This document shows positions 39,277-49,955 of a stretch of DNA of 64,000 nt, piece after piece. The position numbers and the translations under genes were made by a program. This DNA is from an uncultured Chloroflexia bacterium (GTDB lineage Bacteria; Chloroflexota; Limnocylindria; Limnocylindrales; CSP1-4). The stretch spans positions 384,001-448,000 of the forward strand of contig CAVVYR010000006.1 in the NCBI GenBank assembly GCA_963752475.1, in the 5' to 3' direction. Within the stretch, counting starts at the first letter, position 1. Each line of letters opens with the position of its first letter. The notes beneath the pieces are model-generated. The model made no database searches. It saw only the letters and a list, made by a program, of their open reading frames with translations, and was not told the origin of the DNA.

Positions 39277-40104
39277 ATGCTCATCAACCCCACCCTCGAC
39301 AAGCTCCAGGCCTTATCCCTCGGCGGCATGGCCCGGGCCTTCGCGGAGCAGCTCGAGCGGCCCGACTATGCCGAGCTCTCCTTCGAGGAGCGCCTCGGGC
39401 TGCTCGTCGACCGGGAGGCCACCGATCGCGAGAACCGCCGCCTGGTCCGGCGCCTCAAGGCCGCCAAGCTGCGCAGCGATGCGGTCATCGAGGATCTCGA
39501 CTTCCGGGCTCCCCGGGGACTCGACCGGGCCACCGTCCTCTCGCTCGCGGAGAGCCACTGGGTCGAGGCCCACCGCAACGTGCTCGTCACCGGGCCCACC
39601 GGGGTGGGCAAGACGTTCCTCGCCTGTGCCCTCGCCCAGGCCGCCATCCGACATGGCCACACCGCGCTCTACCTACGGTTGCCGCGCCTGCTCGACGAGC
39701 TCGTGCTCGCGCGTGCCGATGGGCGGCTGCCGCGGCTCATGGCCGCCTGGGCCAAGGTCGGGGTGCTCGCGCTCGACGACCTCGGGCTGCAGCCGGTGCC
39801 CGCGGCCCGGGCGGCCGACCTGCTCGAGGTCATCGAGGACCGCTCGGGGTTGCGCTCGACAATCGTCACGAGCCAGTTGCCCGTGGCCCGCTGGCACGAG
39901 ACATTGGGCGAGCCCACCGTCGCCGATGCCATCCTCGACCGGCTCGTCCACGACGCCTATCGCCTCGAGTTGCAGGGTGCCTCGATGCGACGGTCCGAGG
40001 CCACTCCCGACGATGCTGCGGCGGCGGCCGAGCCGACGCCCGAACCGGACTCGACCGACCAGGACGGACCGACACGGACGCGCAAGCGTCGGAGTGCCTC
40101 ATGA
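39277..40104 (+). CDS. istB: IS21 helper ATPase
   Basis: GPTGVGKT, LDDLG, STIVTSQLP, ADAILDRL. Confidence 0.95.
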   Translation: MLINPTLDKLQALSLGGMARAFAEQLERPDYAELSFEERLGLLVDREATDRENRRLVRRLKAAKLRSDAVIEDLDFRAPRGLDRATVLSLAESHWVEAHRNVLVTGPTGVGKTFLACALAQAAIRHGHTALYLRLPRLLDELVLARADGRLPRLMAAWAKVGVLALDDLGLQPVPAARAADLLEVIEDRSGLRSTIVTSQLPVARWHETLGEPTVADAILDRLVHDAYRLELQGASMRRSEATPDDAAAAAEPTPEPDSTDQDGPTRTRKRRSAS

Positions 40105-40980
40105 GCTGCCTCGACCGGCATGCCAGACTACTCGGAGACAGACGAGAGGAGGTGAGTCCCAGGGGCTAGACCGAACTCTCACGTCGGCCGCGATGCGGCC
40201 CCCGACGGGGCTGATCGAAAACCCCGGACTGGCTGATCGGATTCAGCGGAATACGCAGTCAAGGCCGCGGTGGAGCGCTACCGAGCGTCCTTGCGCAAGC
40301 GGAAGAGCCTCTCAGGCACAGAGATGTTCCACGCCTGGATCGTCGAGAACTGGGACTGGTTCACCGCAACGAAGTACGTCCACAAGGGACGCCCGCCGAA
40401 GGATGGCCTGTTCTTCTCTGAGCCGACACGTGCGTTCGACTCGGTCGCGAGCCTGCGAAGGTGGCTTGAGCAGTTGCGAAGGGACTTCGACCGGAGCGCC
40501 CGGGTATGGCAGAGGTGGATGTTCGGCGAGGGTTCCGGTGGTGGGTCCGTCGCGGAACCAGTGACGGGCTACCAGCGCACGGCTCGATACATCGCCTTGG
40601 ACTCCAATACGAGAGTACGCGGCAAGCGGCCGAGCACGACCGACGCCTTCGGCAGACTGAAGGGCTACGACTTCGTGGCGCTCAGCGAGGCTCTCACCAA
40701 GAAGATCAACGCCGACCGGTATCACACCGCACGAGGCCGTGGACGCCACATCAAGAAGGTCCGCTGGCCGAAGGAGGAGATCTGGAAGCAGATCGACGAT
40801 CACATGAGGGCCCACTCCGTTCCCTATCCGGGATCTCGCTAGACGGCGTCGTCGCTTCTGGCGCCCGATCGGGCCCTGTCCGGGTCGCGGGTGGCGAGGT
40901 GCCTCCGTGGTCGTCGAGGCCGGCTCTGATGTCGCTCTGGCGCGGCTCCCATCCAGGCCTTCACCCGGATGACGTCTCCA

Positions 40981-41630
40981 CGCAACGACAGGGGTTGTCA
41001 GCACGACAGGGGTGTCTCCCGCTTGTCAGACGCGCGAGAATCGAGGCGCACGCAGTAAGGGGGAAGCCATGACCGACAGTACCCGACGGACCCTTGCCAT
41101 CCTCGCCAGCGCGGCGTTGACCGCCTCGCTGGCGACAGCCACGCTCGCGTCAGATGTGGACGCCGCCAAGAGGAAGCCCGTCGTCAAGTGTGACGGCAAG
41201 GTAGCCACGAAGGTCGGAACCAAGCGGCCCGACGTCATCCGCGGCACCGCCAGGAAGGACGTCATCGCCGGGCTCGGGGGCAACGACATCATCCTCGGCC
41301 GTGGTGGCAACGACACCATCTGCGGTGGCGCGGGCAACGACCGCCTCGTGGGTGGCCCCGGCCACGACAAGCTCCTCGGCCAGACCGGGCGGGACCGCCT
41401 CTTCGGTGGTTCGGGCGTGGACAAGCTCTTCGGTGGCCAGCAGAACGACTTCCTTGCGGGCCAGGATGGTCCCGACGTCCTCGGTGGCGGAGCCGGCAGC
41501 GACCGGCTCGACGGCGGCATCGGGGTCGACCTCTGCAGCCAGGGCACCGGACACGGTCCGATGGTGCGCTGCGAGCTGCCCCGGGCGGTGTTCGCGCCGC
41601 CGGCGCCACCGGCACCGACCGGCCCGACGC
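40981..41630. repeat. 650-bp direct repeat, copy 2
   Basis: Offset 5402 bp from copy 1. Confidence 0.93.
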
Positions 41631-42160
41631 CCGAGCCCAAGACCCTCGCTATCGCCTACTCCGACCTCGTGCGCGACCACCAGTACGGCATTGGTGACGT
41701 CATGATTAGCCAACTCCTCGACACCAACGGTGACGGCGTCCCCAGTACAGGCGACACGATCAAGATGGGTGCGTACCCGACCACGTTCGACCCGAGCCCT
41801 TCTGACTTCGCCGAGTGGGGGGTGACGTCCCATCTCGTCGACCTCGTGCAGCAGCGGCCGGGTTGGCTCCAGGTCGAGAGCTACGAGTTCGGACATCACG
41901 AGTGGCGAACGACTGCCGACAGCGACGCTGAGACATACGTCGAGAGGCGACTCGAAAGTGAGAGTTGGATAGAGGATGGTCACGGCTCGGAGTGGCCTAC
42001 CTACGACCGAGTCCGCCTCGACATCGGTACGGTCGGCAACCCTCAGGACCCCGGATCTCCGAGCCGGCCCACATCTGCCCACAACGAGTTGACCTGGGAA
42101 GGGATGGGTGACGACCCCTTCATCGACGTTGAGCTCTCCTATGGGAGTTCGGTCCTCTAG
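41069..42160 (+). CDS. Exported RTX-type Ca-binding repeat protein, paralog 2
   Basis: N-terminal half identical to paralog 1; diverged homologous C-terminus. Confidence 0.85.
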   Translation: MTDSTRRTLAILASAALTASLATATLASDVDAAKRKPVVKCDGKVATKVGTKRPDVIRGTARKDVIAGLGGNDIILGRGGNDTICGGAGNDRLVGGPGHDKLLGQTGRDRLFGGSGVDKLFGGQQNDFLAGQDGPDVLGGGAGSDRLDGGIGVDLCSQGTGHGPMVRCELPRAVFAPPAPPAPTGPTPEPKTLAIAYSDLVRDHQYGIGDVMISQLLDTNGDGVPSTGDTIKMGAYPTTFDPSPSDFAEWGVTSHLVDLVQQRPGWLQVESYEFGHHEWRTTADSDAETYVERRLESESWIEDGHGSEWPTYDRVRLDIGTVGNPQDPGSPSRPTSAHNELTWEGMGDDPFIDVELSYGSSVL

Positions 42161-42194
42161 TTGAGGCTAGCATCCACACGCCGGCCGAAGGAGA

Positions 42195-42953
42195 TGTCAC
42201 AGATCAGCGATCCTGACCACTAACTGTTCAGCGATCCTGACCGCCCTTCCTGCTCAGCCTTGATCATCGTGTGGAGCTTCGCGCCGGGTGCGACGCGACG
42301 CCAGGGATGGGCCGGTGATGGCAGGGCCGTGGCGGTCGCGGCACTCGGGGGCTTGGCTCCGGTCTCGACCCGGGCGTGACCGAGCGCCCGGAGCTGGACG
42401 GCGTCGAGCAGTGCCGGCGCACTCACGCGCCAGTCGTGGTGGCTGCCGTCGGTCTGCAGCAGCATGCCCGCCCGCGGCTTGCGGTCGCGCCGGCTCCGGT
42501 GTCGCGGCGCCCGGCGTCGGCGCTGGGCCGCACGGCCGGCAGCCCGCAGCAGCCGTCGCGGCGCGGCGCGTCCGACCTCGATGCGCTCGCGTTCGGCGAG
42601 CAGCTCGGCGAGGTGGCTGCTCGTTGACGCCGTCATAGCGCCCGACCGCGAGGTCCACGATCCTCGCCCGCGTCTCCTCCGAGCGACGGTCGACCGGCGC
42701 TCGTCCCCGGTTGCCGTGGGCGAGACCGGCGGGCCCATCGCGCTCCATCCGGGCACGCAGCCGACGGACGCTCCGCTCGGACAGGCCCGACGCGCGGGCC
42801 GCCTCGGTGACCCCGAGTTCACCGGCCATCAATCTCGAGATCACCCAGGATCGACGGTGCTCTTCCTTCGTCATCGTGATCGCCTCGTTCATCCACGCAG
42901 CATGGACAAGGTCGCTGAGCAGTTGGTGTGGTCGAAGTCGCTGAGCAACAACA
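42195..42953 (-). mobile_element. Internally deleted IS1202/ISNCY-like element
   Basis: TGT...ACA ends with doubled TCAGCGA sub-repeats; 16-bp TSD CGCCGGCCG(A/G)AGGAGA; broken transposase (LSERSVRRL..HGNRGR; GMLLQTDGSHHDW). Confidence 0.8.
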
Positions 42954-42994
42954 CGCCGGCCGGAGGAGATGGACGTCCGCGATAGACTCGGGGC

Positions 42995-44287
42995 ATGGGC
43001 GCCATCGCCAGCCTTGATAGCCACATCGTCGAGGTTGCTCCGGGTGGGGAGGTCAACCTCGAAGTCAAGGTCAAGAACAACGGAAGCGTCGTTGACGAAG
43101 TCGCACTAGCCGTTCTGGGCGCATCAGCCGATTGGGCGAGCGTGCAGCCGCCATCGTTGTCGCTATTCCCGGGGGCCGAGGGCACCGCCACCGTGACGTT
43201 CCGGCCACCTCGCCTCGCTTCGACCTCTGTGGGCGAGACGCCGTTCGGCGTACGAGTCGCCTCACACGAGGACCCCGCTGGTTCGACGGTCGAAGAGGGC
43301 ACGCTGCGGGTGGGGTCATTCACCGAGGTCGGGGTCGAGTTGCAGCCGCTCTCGTCGCGCGGTGCACGCGGCGGCAAGCACGATCTCGCTATCGACAACC
43401 TCGGAAATGTGCCGCTGAACGCCAACATCACCGGCATCGATCGGTCCGAGGAGCTGCGCTTCGACATCAAGCCACCCGCGGTGATGGCGGATCCCGGCGC
43501 AGCCGCGTTCGCCGAGGTCGAGGTGAAGCCCCGAGGACGCCTTTGGCGCGGCCAGCCCAAGTCACGCGGCTTCTCCATCCAGGTTGACACCCCCGGTCAG
43601 CCACCGGCACCCGTCAGCGGCACGTTCCTGCAGGAGCCGCTGCTGCCACGCTGGCTGATTCCCGCGCTGCTGGGCTTGGCGGCGTTGCTCATCGCCCTGC
43701 TGGTGCTCTGGTTCCTGGTCCTCGAGCCGTCAGTGCTCAGCACAGCCGAGAAGCGGGCCGCAGAGGCTGCCGAGGAAGTAGTGGCCCCAGCGGCCCGGAA
43801 GGCCGCGGAGGAGGCCGTTGCCCCTGTGGCCTCGCAGGCAGCGGCCGCCCAAAAGGCTGCAGAAGACGTCTTGAAGGACGTCTTGAATTCAGACGCAACG
43901 CCAACGCCGACCCCCACACCGACGCCGACCCCCACACCGACGCCGACCCCCACACCGACACCGACCCCAACGCCGGTCTCGCTCCTTGCGGAGGGTGACC
44001 CGGCCGCCGGCCGGCTAACCGGTAGCAGCACACCCACTCCGATTTCACCGACTTCAGGCAAGACTCTCTACGTCACCGACCTCGTCTTCTCCAATCCGGA
44101 ACGGGAGACTGGCGAAGTGCGCCTGATGCGCAACAACAGCACGCTCCTGCTCCTGCAGCTAGAGAACTTCCGGGATCTGGACTTCCACTTCGTCACACCG
44201 ATCGTCTTCGAGGAGAGCGACACCATCGGGCTTTGGTGCGAGAGCTGCTCGATGGCGGCGTTGTTCTACTCAGGCTACGAGCGCTAG
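42995..44287 (+). CDS. Membrane-anchored Ig-like (COG1470-like) eCIS-associated protein with PT linker
   Basis: VKNNGSVVDE, LSLFPG, PFGVRV, DNLGNVP; TM; (PT)n; LLQLENFRDLDFHFVTP. Confidence 0.7.
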   Translation: MGAIASLDSHIVEVAPGGEVNLEVKVKNNGSVVDEVALAVLGASADWASVQPPSLSLFPGAEGTATVTFRPPRLASTSVGETPFGVRVASHEDPAGSTVEEGTLRVGSFTEVGVELQPLSSRGARGGKHDLAIDNLGNVPLNANITGIDRSEELRFDIKPPAVMADPGAAAFAEVEVKPRGRLWRGQPKSRGFSIQVDTPGQPPAPVSGTFLQEPLLPRWLIPALLGLAALLIALLVLWFLVLEPSVLSTAEKRAAEAAEEVVAPAARKAAEEAVAPVASQAAAAQKAAEDVLKDVLNSDATPTPTPTPTPTPTPTPTPTPTPTPTPVSLLAEGDPAAGRLTGSSTPTPISPTSGKTLYVTDLVFSNPERETGEVRLMRNNSTLLLLQLENFRDLDFHFVTPIVFEESDTIGLWCESCSMAALFYSGYER

Positions 44288-44297
44288 GTTCGACGGC

Positions 44298-46589
44298 ATG
44301 CGGCAGGTCGCCGTCGTCCTCCTCGCCATCCTCATTCTCGTGGTTGGCGCCGTTGGGCTACTGCCCCGAGCATGGGTCACGGCTCAGGAAGGCGAAACTC
44401 CGCCGACTCCCACGATTCGGTCTTTGCGGCAATGCGCGCCGCCCGGCCAACGTGCTGCTTGGACTGTCGCTGGGAGTGGCTTCCCTCGCGGAAGCACGGT
44501 GCGGGTCACATTCATGCCTTATGGCGACTTGCTGTTCGACGCCACGGACATCGAGTTCGCCAGCCTCGTCAGCCCAGCTTCGCTTGTCGCTCCACGGTCC
44601 GCCGGTGAGGTCAGCAGGGGTGATGACGTCGGCATCGTAGTGGTCGAGCCCGAGGCCGAGCCCGAGGCCATGAGTTCAGTCGACGTCCAAGTCGATGACC
44701 TGGGCACTTTCCGTGCAGGAGTTGATGACATCTTCTTCCCCTTGGGCTACGAACACCGGGTGACGGCCCGAGTGACTGATGAGGGTGGGGACCGGGCCGC
44801 GACCACGATCAGGGACTGCGGAGATGTGGATGTCGTGGCTACGCCCCGTTGTTCGAACGGGCGGGCCACGTCGATCGGTGTCCAAGTCTCCGGTGAAGGC
44901 GTGGAGATCGACCACTACCCGGAGATATGGGTCTGTGGCGAGAACCGAGCGCACTGCATCGTCGAGGGTGCCCTCTACTACGACCCGGGCAACAATCTCT
45001 CCAACGCAGCAGGAGGCATCAGCACTGAGATTCCAGTTGACCGGTTACCTGCTGGGATCTACCAGGTCTGGTATTCCGACGCTTGGGGCCGATTCGATCG
45101 GGGCTGGAGGGGAATGGACTGGGTGGACACAAGCTGTTCGCCGCCCCCGACCCTCTCAGCGTCACCGAAGTGTGAACCGGCTGGTTCACCTCCATCGCGG
45201 ATGCCGGTCCGTGTGACGGGGACAGGATTCCATCCGGACAGACGTATCGAGATCGTCTTCGATCCGGATCGGAGTTACGAGCTCTGGCGGGTCAGAGCCG
45301 ATGCTCAGGGGAGTTTCGATGCTCTCATCTACCCGTATCGTCGAAGCAACGGCGTGTACAACGTCCGCGCCCGCTCCCCGGGTGAGCTAGGCGACCTGGC
45401 GCCACCGATGCGAGTGGCCCGAGACTCGATCGAGGTGCCATGCCCGAGGCCCGTGACGCCGCCTCCTGGCGGGGACGAGGTCACCCCTCCTGGCGGGGAC
45501 GAGGTCACCCCTCCTGGCGGGGACGAGGTCACCCCTCCTGGCGGGGACGAGGTCACCCCTCCTGGCGGGGACGAGGTCACCCCACCACCACCCCCGCCGA
45601 CGGTCCCGCCGAGGCCCAAGGCGACGCTGACGACGGAACCGACCTGCGTCCGTCCGGCTATCCAGGGCGACGAGCCGCGCCTGATCTCGCTCCACATCCA
45701 GGGCAAGGGTTGGGATCCTGGTCCGGTCACCATCGACTACGACGCGCCGGGCAAACTGCCTGGGCGATCGTTCACGAGGAGAGCCGACCGATTGGGCCGC
45801 ATCGACGACACGGTCCGGATCCGGGCCCCAGCTAGCGGTACGGCCGGGATCACCGCGCGGCAGACGGTCGCGAAGGTCGGCTCGATCATCGCTCGCGGAC
45901 GCACCCAGCAGATCTCGGCGAAGGCGCGGGTGACCGTGCCCTGCCGCAAGAGGGAGCCACCGCCGCTCACCATCAGGCCGGAGTGCGGGATCCCGGCCGA
46001 AGGGATTCCGGACGCCTACGCGATCACCGTCATCGGCAAGGACTTCTACCGCGGGTCCGACGTGTCCATCAGGTACGGCGCTGCTGACCGGCGGGAGTGG
46101 TTCAGCGCCCATCCGGAGACGAGTGGCCGGATCAAGACGACCATCGTGGTCGATGGCCGCCGAGACGAGCCTGTGCCGATCGTCGCAGAGCAGCTCGACA
46201 CACGAGGTCTCGCGGTCGCCCGTTCCTCGGCGCGCTTCACCGTTCCCTGTCCGATCGATCCGACTATCACCATCGAGCCTGAGCAGGGTCCTCCCGGCTA
46301 CACCGCGCTCGTCATGGGGGATGACTTCTGGCCCGGCACGACCGTGACGTTGCGCTGGGATACGGGCATCGACGCTGGACACGAGTACCAGGTCCAGGTT
46401 CAAGAGGACGGGACGTTCGAGACCTACCTCCTGATCATGCACCACGACTGGCCCGGCAAGCGCAACCTGAGGGCTGGCATGCCCGGCGAGCCCGACGTCT
46501 TCCCCGATGCCGAGGACGACTACCTCGTGGTCCCGGAGTCGGGCCAACCCGCGGGTGAGCCCGGCGACCAGGTCATCGATCGCCGCTGA
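44298..46589 (+). CDS. Exported multi-beta-sandwich protein with Cys-bounded repeats
   Basis: Signal peptide; repeated P.C...V.G.GF...G.F...VPC modules. Confidence 0.7.
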   Translation: MRQVAVVLLAILILVVGAVGLLPRAWVTAQEGETPPTPTIRSLRQCAPPGQRAAWTVAGSGFPRGSTVRVTFMPYGDLLFDATDIEFASLVSPASLVAPRSAGEVSRGDDVGIVVVEPEAEPEAMSSVDVQVDDLGTFRAGVDDIFFPLGYEHRVTARVTDEGGDRAATTIRDCGDVDVVATPRCSNGRATSIGVQVSGEGVEIDHYPEIWVCGENRAHCIVEGALYYDPGNNLSNAAGGISTEIPVDRLPAGIYQVWYSDAWGRFDRGWRGMDWVDTSCSPPPTLSASPKCEPAGSPPSRMPVRVTGTGFHPDRRIEIVFDPDRSYELWRVRADAQGSFDALIYPYRRSNGVYNVRARSPGELGDLAPPMRVARDSIEVPCPRPVTPPPGGDEVTPPGGDEVTPPGGDEVTPPGGDEVTPPGGDEVTPPPPPPTVPPRPKATLTTEPTCVRPAIQGDEPRLISLHIQGKGWDPGPVTIDYDAPGKLPGRSFTRRADRLGRIDDTVRIRAPASGTAGITARQTVAKVGSIIARGRTQQISAKARVTVPCRKREPPPLTIRPECGIPAEGIPDAYAITVIGKDFYRGSDVSIRYGAADRREWFSAHPETSGRIKTTIVVDGRRDEPVPIVAEQLDTRGLAVARSSARFTVPCPIDPTITIEPEQGPPGYTALVMGDDFWPGTTVTLRWDTGIDAGHEYQVQVQEDGTFETYLLIMHHDWPGKRNLRAGMPGEPDVFPDAEDDYLVVPESGQPAGEPGDQVIDRR
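45462..45581. repeat. 24-bp coding repeat x5 (PPGGDEVT)
   Basis: CCTCCTGGCGGGGACGAGGTCACC x5. Confidence 0.95.
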
Positions 46590-46595
46590 AAGGCG

Positions 46596-49046
46596 CTACG
46601 GCTGGATCTCGAGGTCGATCAGTGCGGACTGTGCCATCTCATCGGGCCGCTCGAAGGCGGGGATGGCCAGCCGGTAGCAGCCATCCCCGCTGACTCCGAT
46701 GACGGCGATGCTCAGGCCTCCGCGGGTGCGGTAGGTCGAGACATCCTTGATCGTCTCGGTTCCGTCGGGTGTGAAGTGCAGGAAGCCGGTGGCATCCTGG
46801 AGTCCGGGACCGAACCGAAGGACGATTGCCGTGTCGCCGCCCTCGGGAGGATCGACATCGAAGTCCGCGAGCAGGCTCGGGTCATTGGCGGGCCCAAGGT
46901 CGACTTGGACGGTCGACGAGTTCGTTGCGGCGGCGCCGCGAGGCTCGAGGTCGAAGAGCACCCGCTCGGTGGCGCCGGTGCGCTCGAAGCGGAGTTGCGT
47001 GACCGTCCAGCCTCGATCCAATGGGTCACTGACCTCGTCGCTGCGCGTGCAGGCGAACGGAGTCGGCTCAGGCCCTTCCACACCTTCCTCTTCGGACCCT
47101 TCCTCTTCGGACCCTTCCCCGTCCCCGGTTCCGACGCTCGCGCGGCCCAGGTCGCGTGCGTTGTTGCTCCACCACCTGACGAGGCGCTGGAGGTCGGCAT
47201 TGGTGGCATCGACCACGCCATACATCCCGCTTCGTTCGTCGGTCCACCGGATCTTGGCGATGCCGTCCTGCACGTAGCATGCGATCTCGCCGTTGGTCCA
47301 GCGCTTCCGGCCGCCGGCACCGTTCGCGCACGCATCCTCTGTCTCGTCAGGCGTGGGCTTGATGCGACCGACTCGATCGAGCCAGTACGCGTCGAGGTCG
47401 GCTGGCTTCGGGAAGGTGTAGATCGCCAACTGGCTGACACGCCCACCAGGCTTGTCGCACCAGATGGCCCCCTTGGCACCGGCTTGAAGCGGCTCGTCGG
47501 TGCTCCTGCGCCAGGGTTTGCAGGTGAAGGCTGACGCACGTTCAAGGAGATCCTCTCGACCGCGCGTCGGGTCACTGGCCGAGACACGGGCTCCGGCGTG
47601 CGGCTCCGGCGTCGGCTCGGGCGTCGGCTCGGGCGTCGGCTCGGGCGTCGGCTCGGGCGTCGGCTCGGGCGTCGGCTCGGGCGTCGGCTCGGGCGTCGGC
47701 TCGGGCGTGGGCTCGGCGTCGGCTCGGGCGTCGGCTCGGGCGTCGGCTCCGGCGTCGGCTCGGGCGTCGGCTCGGGCGTCGGCTCGGGCGTCGGCTCGGG
47801 CGTCGGCTCGGGCGTCGGCTCGGGCGTCGGCTCCGGCGTCGGCTCGGGCGTCGGCTCGGGCGTCGGCTCGGGCGTCGGCTCGGGCGTCGGCTCGGGCGTC
47901 GGCTCGGGCGTCGGCTCGGGCGTCGGCTCGGGCGTCGGCTCGGGCGTCGGCTCGGGCGTGGGCTCCGGCGTCGGCTCGGGCGTCGGCTCGGGCGTCGGCT
48001 CGGGCGTCGGCTCGGGCGTCGGCTCGGGCGTCGGCTCGGGCGTCGGCTCGGGCGTCGGCTCCGGCGTCGGCTCGGGCGTCGGCTCGGGCGTCGGCTCGGG
48101 CGTCGGCTCGGGCGTCGGCTCGGGCGTCGGCTCGGGCGTCGGCTCGGGCGTCGGCTCGGGCGTCGGCTCGGGCGTCGGCTCGGGCGTGGGCTCCGGCGGA
48201 GGTATGACGGTCGGCGGCGGTATGTCAGTCGGCGGCGGCGTGAGCACAGTCGTCCTTCTCGGTGTCGGCGTGATTGAGGCTGCGTCCGTAGGTGCCGCCG
48301 TGAGCTCTGAGCTTGGTTCTTCCGAGGGCGTACCCGACATCGACATGAAGAGGAAAGCGCCGATGACGACGATCAGCAGTGCACCGAGGACGCCACCGGT
48401 GACAGCGACCGATCTACTGCCGCCTCCGCCCGAACCGGATGTGTTTGACACCGAGACCGTGCCAGCCGTGAGCGGAGCCATGGCCTTGCGTGCCTCGGTG
48501 AGCTCAGATCCACAACGCTGGCAGAAGGTGCGTCCAGGATCGTTGCGCAGGCCACAGCGCGGACACGGCACAGGCGGTGGCAGTTGACCGACCGGTGGGG
48601 GCACCCGCGGAGGGGGAGGAGCCGGCGGAGGAGCTGCCGGTGGCTGAAGTCGTTCCGATGGCGCTGATCCAGACGGGAACGGCGGTGGAGGCGGAGCCGT
48701 GTCCTTCGACGCGTCGGGTTCGCTTCCCGATCGATCGCTCCGGGTGGACGCCGTCCGCAGGCTCGGCAACCGGGATGACGTCTTCACCTGGCTCGGCTGG
48801 CGTGGACGCCTCATCCTCGACAGGCGGCTGGGCTTGCACCGCATCCACGGGCTCGACAGCCGGGATATCCGCCTCATCCGGTTCACCTGTCTCGGGTGGC
48901 TCGGGCTCAACGACCTCGTCCCTCGAGGACTCGGCCGAGTCCGAGGCCATAGGCGGACTGTCCAGCAGCGACCCACACTCCCCGCAGAAGAAGTCATCCG
49001 CTGCGTTGGCAGTTCCACACTTGGGGCAAACCAGGCCCGAATTCAT
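46596..49046 (-). pseudogene. Zinc-ribbon/TM/(PEPT)n/extracellular-domain protein with two frameshifts
   Basis: Three consecutive frames join after removing a 4-bp duplication near 48730 and restoring 1 bp near 47715. Confidence 0.7.
47601..48196. repeat. 12-bp coding repeat, ~50 copies (PEPT)
   Basis: GGCTCGGGCGTC unit with rare variants. Confidence 0.95.
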
Positions 49047-49274
49047 GGGCCTTCAGTCTAGGACTGCCACCGCTGTCTACTCAAGGGCTGTTCGGGCAGA
49101 GTCACCGCACGGCTGTCGGGTCTACACGCCGAGCGCGTGCGACTCCGCGTCGTTCAGCGGCGCCACCGCTGAATGGCTCGACCCCGCTGATACCCTTGCT
49201 GCGTAACGCGGACACAGGGCGCCAGAGGACCCGCAAGTCCCAGACTGCGCCATCTGGAAAGGACACGGTGCGCC

Positions 49275-49871
49275 GTGAGGACTGCGAAGTCAGGCGTTAT
49301 CCCCATCCTCCTCATCAGCCTGCTGGCTGGCCCGGTGACCGGAGTGGCAGCGCAGGACGAGGCCGACAAGACGTACTACGAACCGCAACTCCAAGGCGAG
49401 CTGACGGGCACCTTGGTCGCCGACACGGCAAACCCACTCGGCTGTGACTCGTTCAACGGCCCTGACGGCCGGGAGTACCCCGCCGTCACTCTGTCAGGTA
49501 CGGCCACAGGTACCATCCCGTATCTCGGCGAGATGGTCACCATGAGCTCGCAGCACTGCCTCGTGCCCAAGCGGATCATGGGGAACATTAGGAAGGGCAG
49601 CTTCACCTTAACCGACGAAGGAGGTTGGGAGGTCGGCGGCAAGTTCAATGGAGATTGCATCCCATCGCTCGTGCTCGAGGAGGGAGCCAGTTACTTGTGC
49701 ACGGCCATGCTCAAAGCGAAGGGGGCGCCGTTCCCGGAGGCGAGTACGGGCTCGGGGAAGATCCGCATGATGGGGGAGATATGGCACGAAGGGATCGACG
49801 AAGACGGCGTCCCGTACGCGATGCCCATGGAGCTCCGTCTCGAGGGCTACTACCAGCTTGGCGACACCTGA
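49275..49871 (+). CDS. Exported hypothetical beta-rich protein
   Basis: Signal peptide ending VAA-Q; four Cys. Confidence 0.65.
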   Translation: MRTAKSGVIPILLISLLAGPVTGVAAQDEADKTYYEPQLQGELTGTLVADTANPLGCDSFNGPDGREYPAVTLSGTATGTIPYLGEMVTMSSQHCLVPKRIMGNIRKGSFTLTDEGGWEVGGKFNGDCIPSLVLEEGASYLCTAMLKAKGAPFPEASTGSGKIRMMGEIWHEGIDEDGVPYAMPMELRLEGYYQLGDT

Positions 49872-49955
49872 GCGACGCTCGACGGTGAGTCCAGCAGGAC
49901 GGTGACCGTCACGGGCGAGTACCGGAACGTACGTGACGTTCGCCCGCCAGCACGG

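Larger units (their letters stand above)
37558..40257 (+). mobile_element. IS21-family insertion sequence
   Basis: TG...CA ends with imperfect IRs and internal CCGATCA repeats; 7-bp TSD GTCAAGG (37551..37557, 40258..40264). Confidence 0.95.
36867..40842 (+). pseudogene. Candidate eCIS cargo (LQRSAGNRAV leader) interrupted by IS21
   Basis: Removing the IS and one TSD joins ...RRKEVK to AAVERYRAS... in frame (~420 aa; start uncertain). Confidence 0.8.

Noticed and set aside
35579-42160. Diversity-generating retroelement TR/VR pair
   Set aside because: No reverse transcriptase; copies are identical rather than adenine-variable.
49085-49098. Additional operator site between 49046 and 49275
   Set aside because: Only one GGGCA half-site; too weak in a GC-rich background.
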